Assembly: GCA_964601505.1 (NCBI GenBank)
Contig: CAZRNR010000006.1
Coordinates: 2,515 to 66,514, forward strand
Origin: an uncultured bacterium
GTDB taxonomy: Bacteria > Calescibacteriota > Calescibacteriia > Calescibacteriales > Calescibacteriaceae
Direction of reading: 5' to 3'
DNA length: 64,000 nt
Position 1 is the stretch's first letter, and every line of letters begins with the position of its first letter. The notes under the pieces were generated by a model. It was given only the letters and a program-made list of their open reading frames with translations. It did no database searches and was not told the DNA's origin. The translations under genes and the position numbers were made by a program. Shown here one piece after another: positions 1-8,216 of this stretch.

Positions 1-311
1 ATTTAGGTCAGCAGTTTCTTATCTATTTCCCAGATATACTTAATCTGATAAAAGTTTGAAAAAGCCATTTTCAATTCGTTCATCTCTATCTCATAATAAA
101 AAAATTTTTCAAAGCACCGAAAATCACGAGATTTTTTTAAAGCTCGCATATCACTTTAATCGTCAATCCAAATGCATTCATCTAAATAAATATAAACATC
201 CCAATCTATGATTCATGCAAACGGTAGAATCTTTATCTGGTCTAGAAAATCCCTGATAAGCAATCCCATATGATATCCGACCTAATTCAAGATTATATCT
301 TTGGAAAATCA

Positions 312-866
312 TCAACCATATGAGATAATTGATACAACCTTTATTCCTTTTGATTCTATAATTTTTCTTCCGCCAAGCTTTACAAGTTCAACTAAAAAAA
401 CTGAACCTACAACTTTTCCTCCCAGGTCCTCAACAAGCTTTATAGTTGCAGAAATTGTTCCCCCAGTAGCTATCAAGTCATCTACCACTATAACACTTTC
501 TCCTTTTTCAATAGCATCTGTATGAATTTCCACAGTAGCTGTTCCGTATTCAAGACCATACGAATATGATAGCGTTTCATAAGGAAGTTTGCCTTCTTTT
601 CTGACTATGACAAAACCCTTTTTGAACTTATACGCCAGCGGAGAACCAAGTATAAATCCCCTTGACTCAATACTCACAACCTTCTGGAAGTTTTTCGAAC
701 CTATTTCTTTCTCAACTTTGTCGGCAAGCAGATCAATAGCTTTGTGGAAGGTAGAACTGTCCTGAAGCAAAGTGGTCAAGTCATAAAACAGTATACCTTT
801 TTTCGGAAAATCGGGAACTCGCCTTATCTTTTTATCTAACTCATCAATGATTCTGTCGTCAGGCAT
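312..866 (-). CDS. apt: adenine phosphoribosyltransferase
   Basis: 184 aa. PRPP-binding motif VIVVDDLIATGGT and N-terminal FPKKGILFYD, typical of Apt. Lies 52 nt downstream of the rSAM gene on the same strand. Confidence 0.9.
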   Translation of the reverse strand: MPDDRIIDELDKKIRRVPDFPKKGILFYDLTTLLQDSSTFHKAIDLLADKVEKEIGSKNFQKVVSIESRGFILGSPLAYKFKKGFVIVRKEGKLPYETLSYSYGLEYGTATVEIHTDAIEKGESVIVVDDLIATGGTISATIKLVEDLGGKVVGSVFLVELVKLGGRKIIESKGIKVVSIISYG

Positions 867-918
867 ATTTTCTCTTTATTCATCGTAAAAAGATTAATCA
901 GAAAAACAAGAACTTACA

Positions 919-1962
919 CTATATGAACTCAAACTGCCCGATATCTTTTTCTATAAGTTCCTCTATAACCTTGTGATATCTTATAAACCTGCAATCGAAT
1001 AGATTACAGAGTTCCGGATTTATGTTTTTTATTTTATTGATATGCTCCTCTGAACCCCATATATACTGAAATTTATTCTCGTATATGTTTCCGATTTTAT
1101 GTTGTTCCTGTCTATACGAAAAATAACAGCAAAGGAAGATATCTCCCTTTGCATCTATTGTCGTTTGAAGTGGTGTTAGAATACATCTCCTTTGAATTAA
1201 ATTTCTACCATTATATAATATCTTAAAATTGTATCTCTGCTTCAATTCTCTTATCTTTACCTCCAAAGATTTTTCTTCCTGATCAGTCAAAGATTCCTTA
1301 TCTTGCCTAAGCAATTTTATCTGCAAATTATCAAATCCCATCTTTATTGAGAACTCAACCATATTCTCCAGATCATGAATATTGTTCCTTCCAATCAAAA
1401 CCTTCATTCCAAAAACCAAGGTCGGATTATATGCTCTTCTTGAAGAGTTTATTATATTTATTCTATCGCATACCACATCCCAAGCATTTTTGATCTTTGG
1501 CTTTTGAAATTGTAGATAAACTTCCTTGCTTCCAGCATTCATTGTGATCCTTATATAGCGGAGATTTTTAGCTAAAAATTCTGCTAAATCTTCAGACATA
1601 GTTCCATTTGTAAGGATTCCAAAACTAAATCCTTTAGTTTTTCCGTAAGATATGATATCTTTTAGCTTCGGATATAAAGTCGGTTCGCCTCCTCCACAGA
1701 ACTCTATGCCCTCAACTCCTACATCTCCAAGCTCATCTAACAGGGAAATAAACCTCCGGAAATCAAGCATTATTGGTTTTGAATTTAACGAAGAATACTC
1801 ACATCCACAACAGTCATAATTGCAACCATATACAGGATATATAATAGCTGTCCTTGGATATGGTATCTTACCATTGAGTATTTGCTTTATCCTATCGTAA
1901 AATGTTAATATTCTGAGATCTTGAAAGCTTAAAGGATTATTTGAGTTGGATCCATCCATCAT
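919..1962 (-). CDS. radical SAM protein with C-terminal twitch/SPASM-like auxiliary-cluster motif
   Basis: 347 aa. CNYDCCGC matches the CX3CX2C rSAM cluster motif, and GGGEP is SAM-binding-like. The C-terminus has C-X12-G-X4-C (CILTPLQTTIDAKGDIFLC) plus CNLFDC. Confidence 0.85.
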   Translation of the reverse strand: MMDGSNSNNPLSFQDLRILTFYDRIKQILNGKIPYPRTAIIYPVYGCNYDCCGCEYSSLNSKPIMLDFRRFISLLDELGDVGVEGIEFCGGGEPTLYPKLKDIISYGKTKGFSFGILTNGTMSEDLAEFLAKNLRYIRITMNAGSKEVYLQFQKPKIKNAWDVVCDRINIINSSRRAYNPTLVFGMKVLIGRNNIHDLENMVEFSIKMGFDNLQIKLLRQDKESLTDQEEKSLEVKIRELKQRYNFKILYNGRNLIQRRCILTPLQTTIDAKGDIFLCCYFSYRQEQHKIGNIYENKFQYIWGSEEHINKIKNINPELCNLFDCRFIRYHKVIEELIEKDIGQFEFI

Positions 1963-1972
1963 AAAATATTAA

Positions 1973-3436
1973 TCAATATCCTTCCTTGTTTCCTTTTTTT
2001 GTAGCTTTCTGAAATTTATTTAGTATATCTAAGGTATTACCCAGAATAAAACCAAAAAGGAGCTGTAAGGAGAATTTGATTCCTCTTGATTTGACTATAT
2101 TTAATATCCTTGATATTCTTGAATAAAATAACACCACGGCAAGTTTCTGAATCATAACAAGATGGGAAGGTTTAAGTCGTCCTACCCCTATCACAGCAGA
2201 ACCATACCTCCTCATGTCATAACCAGAATAATAAAGCTTTGCTCCCCCTTTCCCCTCGATTACCATATCTCTGAGAACAGTCCCAGGGTATGGAGTCGCT
2301 ATATTGATATATGCAAAATCAAGATCCTTGAGAGAATAAATGAAAGATACTGTCTTCATTATCGTCTTTATGTTCTCATATGGCAAACCTATTATAACTG
2401 ACCCTCTTGTCTCAACACCTAAACTCTTAACTATTTTGTAAGCTCTCTTTATGTCATCATGATTCGTTCCTTTCTGGACCATTTTCAGTATTTCCGGATC
2501 ACCACTTTCTATACCAAAATTTATCCTCTTTAATCCCGCGCGAACCATTTGTTGGGCCAGCTTTTCATCTATTCTATTTGCGACTGTCTCACATTCAAAT
2601 GTGAAACCCAAATTTTCTTCCTCCATAAGTTTGAAAATCTCAAATGCTCTTTTTGGAACAAGAGTAATTGTATCATCTATAAATATGATATGTCCTATCT
2701 CCGGATGCTTTTTCTTTATATGCTTTAGCTCCTGAATAACATTTTCAGGAGACCTAAGCTTAACCTTAGGATATAAGATCCTTTCTGAACAAAAAATACA
2801 GCGCAAAGGGCATCCCCTTGAAGTCTGAAAAGTTGTTGCGATCCTTTCTCCAACTCCAGGAACAAACCATTTATATCTATCTATTTTGAGCTTTTCTCTT
2901 GCCGGGAATGGGATATGGTCAAACTCCATGTCCTCCTTAGGAACACCGGTGTGAATTGTTTCCCCATTCCTTCTGAATATCAGCCCCCCCACGTCTTCTA
3001 TCCTCTTACCGTCCCAAAGAAGTTTTAGAAAGATTGGGAGCCTGATCTCACAGTCGTTTGTAAGGGCAAAATCAAATTCAGGATTTTCATCCAAGACTTG
3101 TTTACCTACCAATGTCGCGTGCGGCCCACCAACTATGATAGGAATTTTGAAATTCTCTTTCACAGCTCTTGCAATCCTTTTTGCTTCTATTATTGTTGGT
3201 GTCGTAGTTGTTATCCCGACAAAATCAGGTTTTTCTCGTTTTATGTAGTTTAATATATCTTCATCTTTTAGTTCCTGAGCTTCACAATCTAAAATATCGG
3301 TATGTATACCCTCTTTCTCACAAGATGAAGCAAGATAACACAGCCCCAAAGGTGGTTCAAAATGCAAAAGTTTTGTTATAAACCTAAAACTGCCGTAAAC
3401 TCTAAGCCACCTTGGGGCTACAAGAAGTAATTTCAT
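1973..3436 (-). CDS. B12-binding domain-containing (class B) radical SAM protein
   Basis: 487 aa. N-terminal Rossmann-like cobalamin-binding region (PIIVGGPHATL). CPLRCIFC matches CX3CX2C. The C-terminus is hydrophobic then Lys-rich. A 10-nt gap separates it from the downstream rSAM gene. Confidence 0.85.
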   Translation of the reverse strand: MKLLLVAPRWLRVYGSFRFITKLLHFEPPLGLCYLASSCEKEGIHTDILDCEAQELKDEDILNYIKREKPDFVGITTTTPTIIEAKRIARAVKENFKIPIIVGGPHATLVGKQVLDENPEFDFALTNDCEIRLPIFLKLLWDGKRIEDVGGLIFRRNGETIHTGVPKEDMEFDHIPFPAREKLKIDRYKWFVPGVGERIATTFQTSRGCPLRCIFCSERILYPKVKLRSPENVIQELKHIKKKHPEIGHIIFIDDTITLVPKRAFEIFKLMEEENLGFTFECETVANRIDEKLAQQMVRAGLKRINFGIESGDPEILKMVQKGTNHDDIKRAYKIVKSLGVETRGSVIIGLPYENIKTIMKTVSFIYSLKDLDFAYINIATPYPGTVLRDMVIEGKGGAKLYYSGYDMRRYGSAVIGVGRLKPSHLVMIQKLAVVLFYSRISRILNIVKSRGIKFSLQLLFGFILGNTLDILNKFQKATKKGNKEGY

Positions 3437-3450
3437 ATCAATTTAAATCA

Positions 3451-3510
3451 TTACTTTTTAACTTTCTTCTTCTTCCCAGCAGTTGGGGCAGGTCTCCAAT
3501 TAACAAACAT
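3451..3510 (-). CDS. small ORF, 19 aa (MFVNWRPAPTAGKKKKVKK); candidate precursor or leader peptide of the rSAM operon
   Basis: Hand translation of the minus strand. ATG at 3510-3508 and TAA at 3453-3451. A perfect SD lies 7 nt upstream. The stop is 14 nt before the ATG of the B12-rSAM gene. Absent from the ORF track because it is under 60 aa. Confidence 0.5.
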   Translation of the reverse strand: MFVNWRPAPTAGKKKKVKK

Positions 3511-3517
3511 TTCCTTA

Positions 3518-3526
3518 CACCTCCTT
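3518..3526 (-). promoter_or_regulatory. Shine-Dalgarno AAGGAGGTG for the 19-codon ORF
   Basis: Reverse complement of cacctcctt, with a 7-nt spacer to the ATG. groEL in this window has the same 9-mer and the same 7-nt spacing (18862-18870). Confidence 0.55.
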
Positions 3527-3859
3527 AAATTCTAATCTAATAATTTTGCTTCAAATTGTGAGAAAAATTAAAATTGCATGTAAAAAACGAAGACGAAAAA
3601 TTATCATGGCATCACAGTTAACTTATTCCAACAAAGAGATATAGAGCTTTGCAAAGCTTAAAACTATCAAGTTCAAGAACTTCTCGAAGAATAGAATTCA
3701 ATCTATCAAAAAATTTCAATTGAGCCAAAGCAGCTAACTTAAAACTAACTTAAAGCATTGATAAAACGATTAATTGTTCGTGATTACATGGCTTTCTTTA
3801 AAATGCAATATTTCGGTTTTCGTTCTACGGTTTTTTCAAAGATTTAGAATTTTTGTTCT

Positions 3860-5602
3860 ATGAAAGTTTCGGATTTTTTTTTGTTTTCATTTAAGGAAGA
3901 GCCAAAGGATGCGGATTCCAAAAGTAATAGAGCAATGCTCAAGGGTGGATATATAAAAAAGGTAGCATCAGGAATATATTCTTTTACTCCGCTTGGATAT
4001 AAGATTCTTTCAAATGTCTCAAGAATAATAAGGGAAGAAATGGAGAAGATCGGTTGCAGAGAAATTCTACTCCCGATGATGACTCCAGCAGATCTTTGGA
4101 AAGAAACAGGTAGGTGGGATATTTACGGAAAGGAACTTATAAGATTCAAAGATAGGCACGAAAGAGATTTCTGTTTAGCACCAACACACGAGGAGATAGT
4201 TGTTGACCTTGTAAGATACTTCATAAAATCCTGGCGCGACCTTCCGTTCTCACTCTTCCAGATTGGCCAGAAGTTCAGAGACGAGCCCAGGCCAAGATTC
4301 GGTGTCATAAGATGCAAAGAATTCATAATGAAAGACGCTTATTCATTTGACAGAACTGAAGAGGAAGCAGAAAAAACATATTGGAAATTCTATCGTTCAT
4401 ACCAGAGAATATTTGAAAGACTCAAGCTTGATGTAATCCCGGTTCAAGCAGCAGTTGGAGCAATAGGAGGAAAATTCTCTCACGAGTTTATATTCCCTAC
4501 AGAGTATGGGGAAGATAGAGTGATCACTTGCTCAAATTGCTCCTATATATCAAAGAAAGAAATATCTGGGTTCTTTCTTGATCTTGATACGTACAGGAGA
4601 AAACTTGAAGATGCCAAAAATAGGATAGATAAGCCAAAAAAAATCCCCACACCAAACACAACAACTGTAGAAAAGCTTGCCGAATTCCTCAAGATACCAA
4701 CTTCAAAAATAATAAAATCTCTTTTTATAAAAACCTCTGGCGGAGAATATATACTTTGCCTTGTCAGGGGAGATAGATTCATTTCAGAAGACAAACTTTC
4801 ATATTTGTTGCACCAGGATTTTCAGATTGTAGATGAAACCGAAGTCAGGCAATTTTTTGGCGCTGGGAAGGGTTTCATAGGTCCCATGAATTTTAAAGGA
4901 AAGATAATAGCAGATAGAACCGTATTAACAGTCCCAGACGGAGTTGTAGGCGCAGATGAAGATGACTTCCACTTTATTAATGTAGTTCCCACAAGAGATT
5001 TTTCATTCACATCTGTTGAGGATATAGCATTAGCTGAAGAAGGAGACATCTGCCCTTCATGCAAAAAAGCTCCTCTGAAGGAGAAAATTGGACTTGAGTT
5101 AGGACATGTTTTTTACCTTGGCTATAAGTACTCGGTACCTATGGAACTGAAATTCGTGGATAAAGATAAGAACACAAAACATGTTGTCATGGGATGCTAT
5201 GGCATAGGAGTCTCAAGAACTGTAGCGGCTATTTTTGAAAAATATGCTGATGAAAAATCTGTAAGACTCCCCTACGAAGTATCTCCTTTCAAAATACACA
5301 TAATACCAATAAACATCAAAGACAAAGAGATAGCAGATATATCTTTTAAGATACATCAAGAATTTGAAGAAATAGCTCTGATAGATGATAGAGAGGACAT
5401 AAGTCCCGGAGAGAAGTTCGCTGATTGTGATCTTTGGGGAAGCCCTATAAAGATTGTTATTGGAAAGCTTTTCAAAGAGCAAAAGAAGATAGAAATATTC
5501 AATAGAATTTCCGGGCAAAGTGATTACGCAACCGCTGAAAACATATCACAGAAGATTCACTTTTTTATATCACAGCTTTTACCCGATTTTAGGAGATCAT
5601 AG
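3860..5602 (+). CDS. proS: proline--tRNA ligase (bacterial type with insertion/editing domain)
   Basis: 580 aa. Class II motifs FRDEPRPRFGVIRCKEF and GCYGIGVSR. Length fits the INS-domain form. Confidence 0.95.
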   Translation: MKVSDFFLFSFKEEPKDADSKSNRAMLKGGYIKKVASGIYSFTPLGYKILSNVSRIIREEMEKIGCREILLPMMTPADLWKETGRWDIYGKELIRFKDRHERDFCLAPTHEEIVVDLVRYFIKSWRDLPFSLFQIGQKFRDEPRPRFGVIRCKEFIMKDAYSFDRTEEEAEKTYWKFYRSYQRIFERLKLDVIPVQAAVGAIGGKFSHEFIFPTEYGEDRVITCSNCSYISKKEISGFFLDLDTYRRKLEDAKNRIDKPKKIPTPNTTTVEKLAEFLKIPTSKIIKSLFIKTSGGEYILCLVRGDRFISEDKLSYLLHQDFQIVDETEVRQFFGAGKGFIGPMNFKGKIIADRTVLTVPDGVVGADEDDFHFINVVPTRDFSFTSVEDIALAEEGDICPSCKKAPLKEKIGLELGHVFYLGYKYSVPMELKFVDKDKNTKHVVMGCYGIGVSRTVAAIFEKYADEKSVRLPYEVSPFKIHIIPINIKDKEIADISFKIHQEFEEIALIDDREDISPGEKFADCDLWGSPIKIVIGKLFKEQKKIEIFNRISGQSDYATAENISQKIHFFISQLLPDFRRS

Positions 5603-6354
5603 CATATCGTTTCAACAAGAGTGCTATGCCTTAATCTCTCAAGATCTGTTTGAGGTAAATTCCCAAACTTTTTTTTCTCTGGGATTCTTGGTTTTGGGAC
5701 CTCATCTGTATGAGAATACAAGATATCCTTTGAAAAACTGCCTTTTTTCAATATTTTATATTCAAGCCTTCTCAATAGAGAAAACAATTCATCATCTACC
5801 AATTCACCTTCAGCAGATGAATCATTTATAAAAAAGATATTTCTTGGAGCTAGATTTTTAACAGATATAGCTGTTTCCGTATTGAAGCGATCCTTTTCTG
5901 TCTGCTTCCATATCTCACCTTCACACTTTATACAATAAAGGAAATAACCTATATCCGAGGTAAATATTATTAATTTCCCCCCGGAAACCCTTGCAAAAAA
6001 AGGTGTCCCGAAGAAACTTATAATTTCGCTATGCCTCTCAACATTTGTAAAATCAATAAAAATCCTACCATAGAAGAAGGTAAGGTTATCTTTGAAAACA
6101 CCAACCTTTGTTTCCTCATCTACTATCATTTCAATATTCTCCGATGGTTTATATAAACTCTGCTTTGTCAGGAAAAGTTTTGAGAATCTCCCAGATTTCA
6201 GGAAAAAATCAAAATCTGGTAAAGCTATTGCGTTAATATTTTTCTGGGATATCCTGACCTCATTTTCTTTGATCGAAAGGATGGAGTTATTACCATCAAT
6301 GTATTCTATATTCCAGCCAAGAGATAGAACTAACAAAAGAAGATTTTGAAGCAT
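5557..6354 (-). CDS. hypothetical secreted protein
   Basis: 265 aa. Hydrophobic N-terminus MLQNLLLLVLSLGW. GGGAGAG-type SD upstream. Its 3' end overlaps proS by 46 nt in convergent orientation. I recognise no family. Confidence 0.6.
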   Translation of the reverse strand: MLQNLLLLVLSLGWNIEYIDGNNSILSIKENEVRISQKNINAIALPDFDFFLKSGRFSKLFLTKQSLYKPSENIEMIVDEETKVGVFKDNLTFFYGRIFIDFTNVERHSEIISFFGTPFFARVSGGKLIIFTSDIGYFLYCIKCEGEIWKQTEKDRFNTETAISVKNLAPRNIFFINDSSAEGELVDDELFSLLRRLEYKILKKGSFSKDILYSHTDEVPKPRIPEKKKFGNLPQTDLERLRHSTLVETICYDLLKSGKSCDIKK

Positions 6355-6386
6355 TTTTTTATCTACTCTCCCTTCTTAAACGAATT

Positions 6387-7070
6387 TCAGATTCCTCTAC
6401 CATCCTTCCTTTCTTCTTCTGCAAAGGCTGATATTATATCCGATATTTTGTCTTTTATAACTTCCATTTCTGCCGATGAGAGAGGATTTTTTGAATAATA
6501 TATCACAAGATCTTTTATAGCTTCCATCTTTCTTGAGGATACAAACCTTGATAATTTCTCTTGTGAATCTTTATTAGCAAGTATCACAGCTAATTCCTTT
6601 TCCGATAAAAGTGATATAAACTTGCTTATCTTTTCTGGAGGGAGCTCGAGTATCTGTTGGAATAAATCTGAACCCTCAGTCTTTTCTTCCCTGATTTTTT
6701 TCCCAGTTTCCTTCTCGGCTCTAGTTTTCGAGAGTTTTTCAGTTGATTTCGCTACCCTTTCTGCAAGATTCACTATTATAGCCTTTGCCGTCTTTGGATA
6801 TTTTGAAACTATTTCGTCTATCCCCCCGTTATATACAACTAGTTCACTTCTCTCAACAGCCTTACAAGTAGCTGTTCTTTTTGTCCCTAGTATCGCGCTT
6901 ATCTCACCTATAGGAGAATTAGGCTTATCTACAATGCCTATCATATCATCTCCCTTATATATACCTATCTTCCCAGATACAAGGAAATATATTGATTTTC
7001 CAGTTTCCCCTTCCCTTATTATCTCTTCTCCTTTTTCGTATATCAGAGTCCCCTTATGAGTTTTATGCAT
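6387..7070 (-). CDS. cyclic nucleotide-binding domain protein with C-terminal FliG/MgtE-N-like helical region
   Basis: 227 aa. cNMP-binding beta-barrel signature (GEEIIREGETGKSIYFLVSGK ... GEISAILGTKRTATCKA). The C-terminus LPPEKISKFISLLSEKELAVILANK resembles FliG/MgtE-N repeats by eye. Confidence 0.7.
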   Translation of the reverse strand: MHKTHKGTLIYEKGEEIIREGETGKSIYFLVSGKIGIYKGDDMIGIVDKPNSPIGEISAILGTKRTATCKAVERSELVVYNGGIDEIVSKYPKTAKAIIVNLAERVAKSTEKLSKTRAEKETGKKIREEKTEGSDLFQQILELPPEKISKFISLLSEKELAVILANKDSQEKLSRFVSSRKMEAIKDLVIYYSKNPLSSAEMEVIKDKISDIISAFAEEERKDGRGI

Positions 7071-7127
7071 ACTTTTAGTATATACATTCTGTAAGCTTTT
7101 TATGCAATATTATCATATTTTTGATTT

Positions 7128-7520
7128 CTAATCTTCCTTTTTCAGTGGTCTTCTTCTTGAACAAGGCTCATCTATATTGTGAAACCATCCAATTTCAGAT
7201 TCTTCAAATATGCGGCAACATAGCATTACCTCATCTCCCTCAAATTGAGAGAGTATGTCAACTGTACCATGCTCAATGTCTCTAAGTATGACCGAATAAC
7301 CTTCAAGTTGATTCATTATATCCCTGAGTTCTTTTCTTGTATTCATTATTTTATCAAGTACCCCATCTCTATCATACGGAGAATTTCTGAAATTAGCAAC
7401 AAGGCGTGAAGCTTCAATGTGATATCTTGAATAATCGTGTGCTTTAGCTTTTATGTCTTTAACAATGGGGTGTATTTTCTTGATGAGAATTTGAGCTTCA
7501 TCTATTGAGTATTTTTTCAT
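7128..7520 (-). CDS. DUF2203 family protein
   Basis: 130 aa from MKKYSIDEAQ. The pattern GYSVILRDIEHGTVD ... EVMLCCRIFEESEIGWFHNIDEPCSRRRPL matches DUF2203. The track ORF start (7559) runs into the tRNA gene, so I trimmed it to the ATG at 7520. Confidence 0.7.
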   Translation of the reverse strand: MKKYSIDEAQILIKKIHPIVKDIKAKAHDYSRYHIEASRLVANFRNSPYDRDGVLDKIMNTRKELRDIMNQLEGYSVILRDIEHGTVDILSQFEGDEVMLCCRIFEESEIGWFHNIDEPCSRRRPLKKED

Positions 7521-7529
7521 AGTAAAGTA

Positions 7530-7601
7530 TGGCGACGGTGGGATTCGAACCCACGACACGGGGCTTATGAGACCCCTGCTCTACCTCTGAGCTACGTCGC
7601 C
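7530..7601 (-). tRNA. tRNA with CAT anticodon (elongator Met, or Ile2 if lysidine-modified)
   Basis: Cloverleaf folded by hand. Acceptor GGCGACG/CGTCGCC. D arm GCTC-AGAGGTA-GAGC. Anticodon arm GGGGT-CTCATAA-GCCCC. T arm GTGGG-TTCGAAT-CCCAC. Discriminator A. G1-C72 are paired, so it is not an initiator. CCA is not encoded. Confidence 0.85.
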
Positions 7602-7663
7602 CTTAAATAAAAATATTTATGTAAAACATAACATCAAAAGCACAATATCAAAATAAAATCATC

Positions 7664-8194
7664 GTGGAGGTAATTAGCAAAACACGAGATAAAATCGAAA
7701 AAATAAGAAACATAAGTTTCTTCAAATATATAAGTAGCGAAGATTTTGCGGAAGCCGAGAAATACATAAGTATAATAAAGTTCAAATCTGGAGAGGACAT
7801 AGTTAGAGAAGGTGAAAGAGCAGGGGGTCTCTTTATAATTATTTCCGGTGTATGCAAAGTGATAAAGGGAAATGTTGAAGTCGGAAAAGTTAGAGCTGAG
7901 GAGTTCTTCGGAGAAGGAGAAATACTTCTTCAAAGTCCTGCCTACGCTACAATAAGAGCTGAATCTGATGAAGTTGAAGTCGTGTATATGATAAGGGGCG
8001 GTATAGAGCAACTTGAAAGAAAAAACCCAAGATTTACATCTACATTATACAAACTGATTGCCAAGATAGAAATGAAAAGACTACTCACCCTCGATAGAGA
8101 ATATGTAGCGGTCATTGATAAACTTGAGAATATACAGAGAAAAGAAGAACTCAAAAAAATAAGAGAAAAAATGTTTGGTGAAATAAAAGAATAA
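7664..8194 (+). CDS. cyclic nucleotide-binding domain protein
   Basis: 176 aa with a GTG start. cNMP-binding signature (GEDIVREGERAGGLFIIISG ... FFGEGEILLQSPAYATIRA). Coiled-coil-like C-terminus. Confidence 0.75.
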   Translation: MEVISKTRDKIEKIRNISFFKYISSEDFAEAEKYISIIKFKSGEDIVREGERAGGLFIIISGVCKVIKGNVEVGKVRAEEFFGEGEILLQSPAYATIRAESDEVEVVYMIRGGIEQLERKNPRFTSTLYKLIAKIEMKRLLTLDREYVAVIDKLENIQRKEELKKIREKMFGEIKE

Positions 8195-8216
8195 ATAAAA
8201 TAAAAATAATAAAAAT

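Noticed and set aside
7521-7559. N-terminal 13 codons (MSWVRIPPSPYFT) of the track ORF 7128-7559.
   Set aside because: They overlap the tRNA(CAT) gene at 7530-7601. The DUF2203-like sequence begins at the ATG at 7520.
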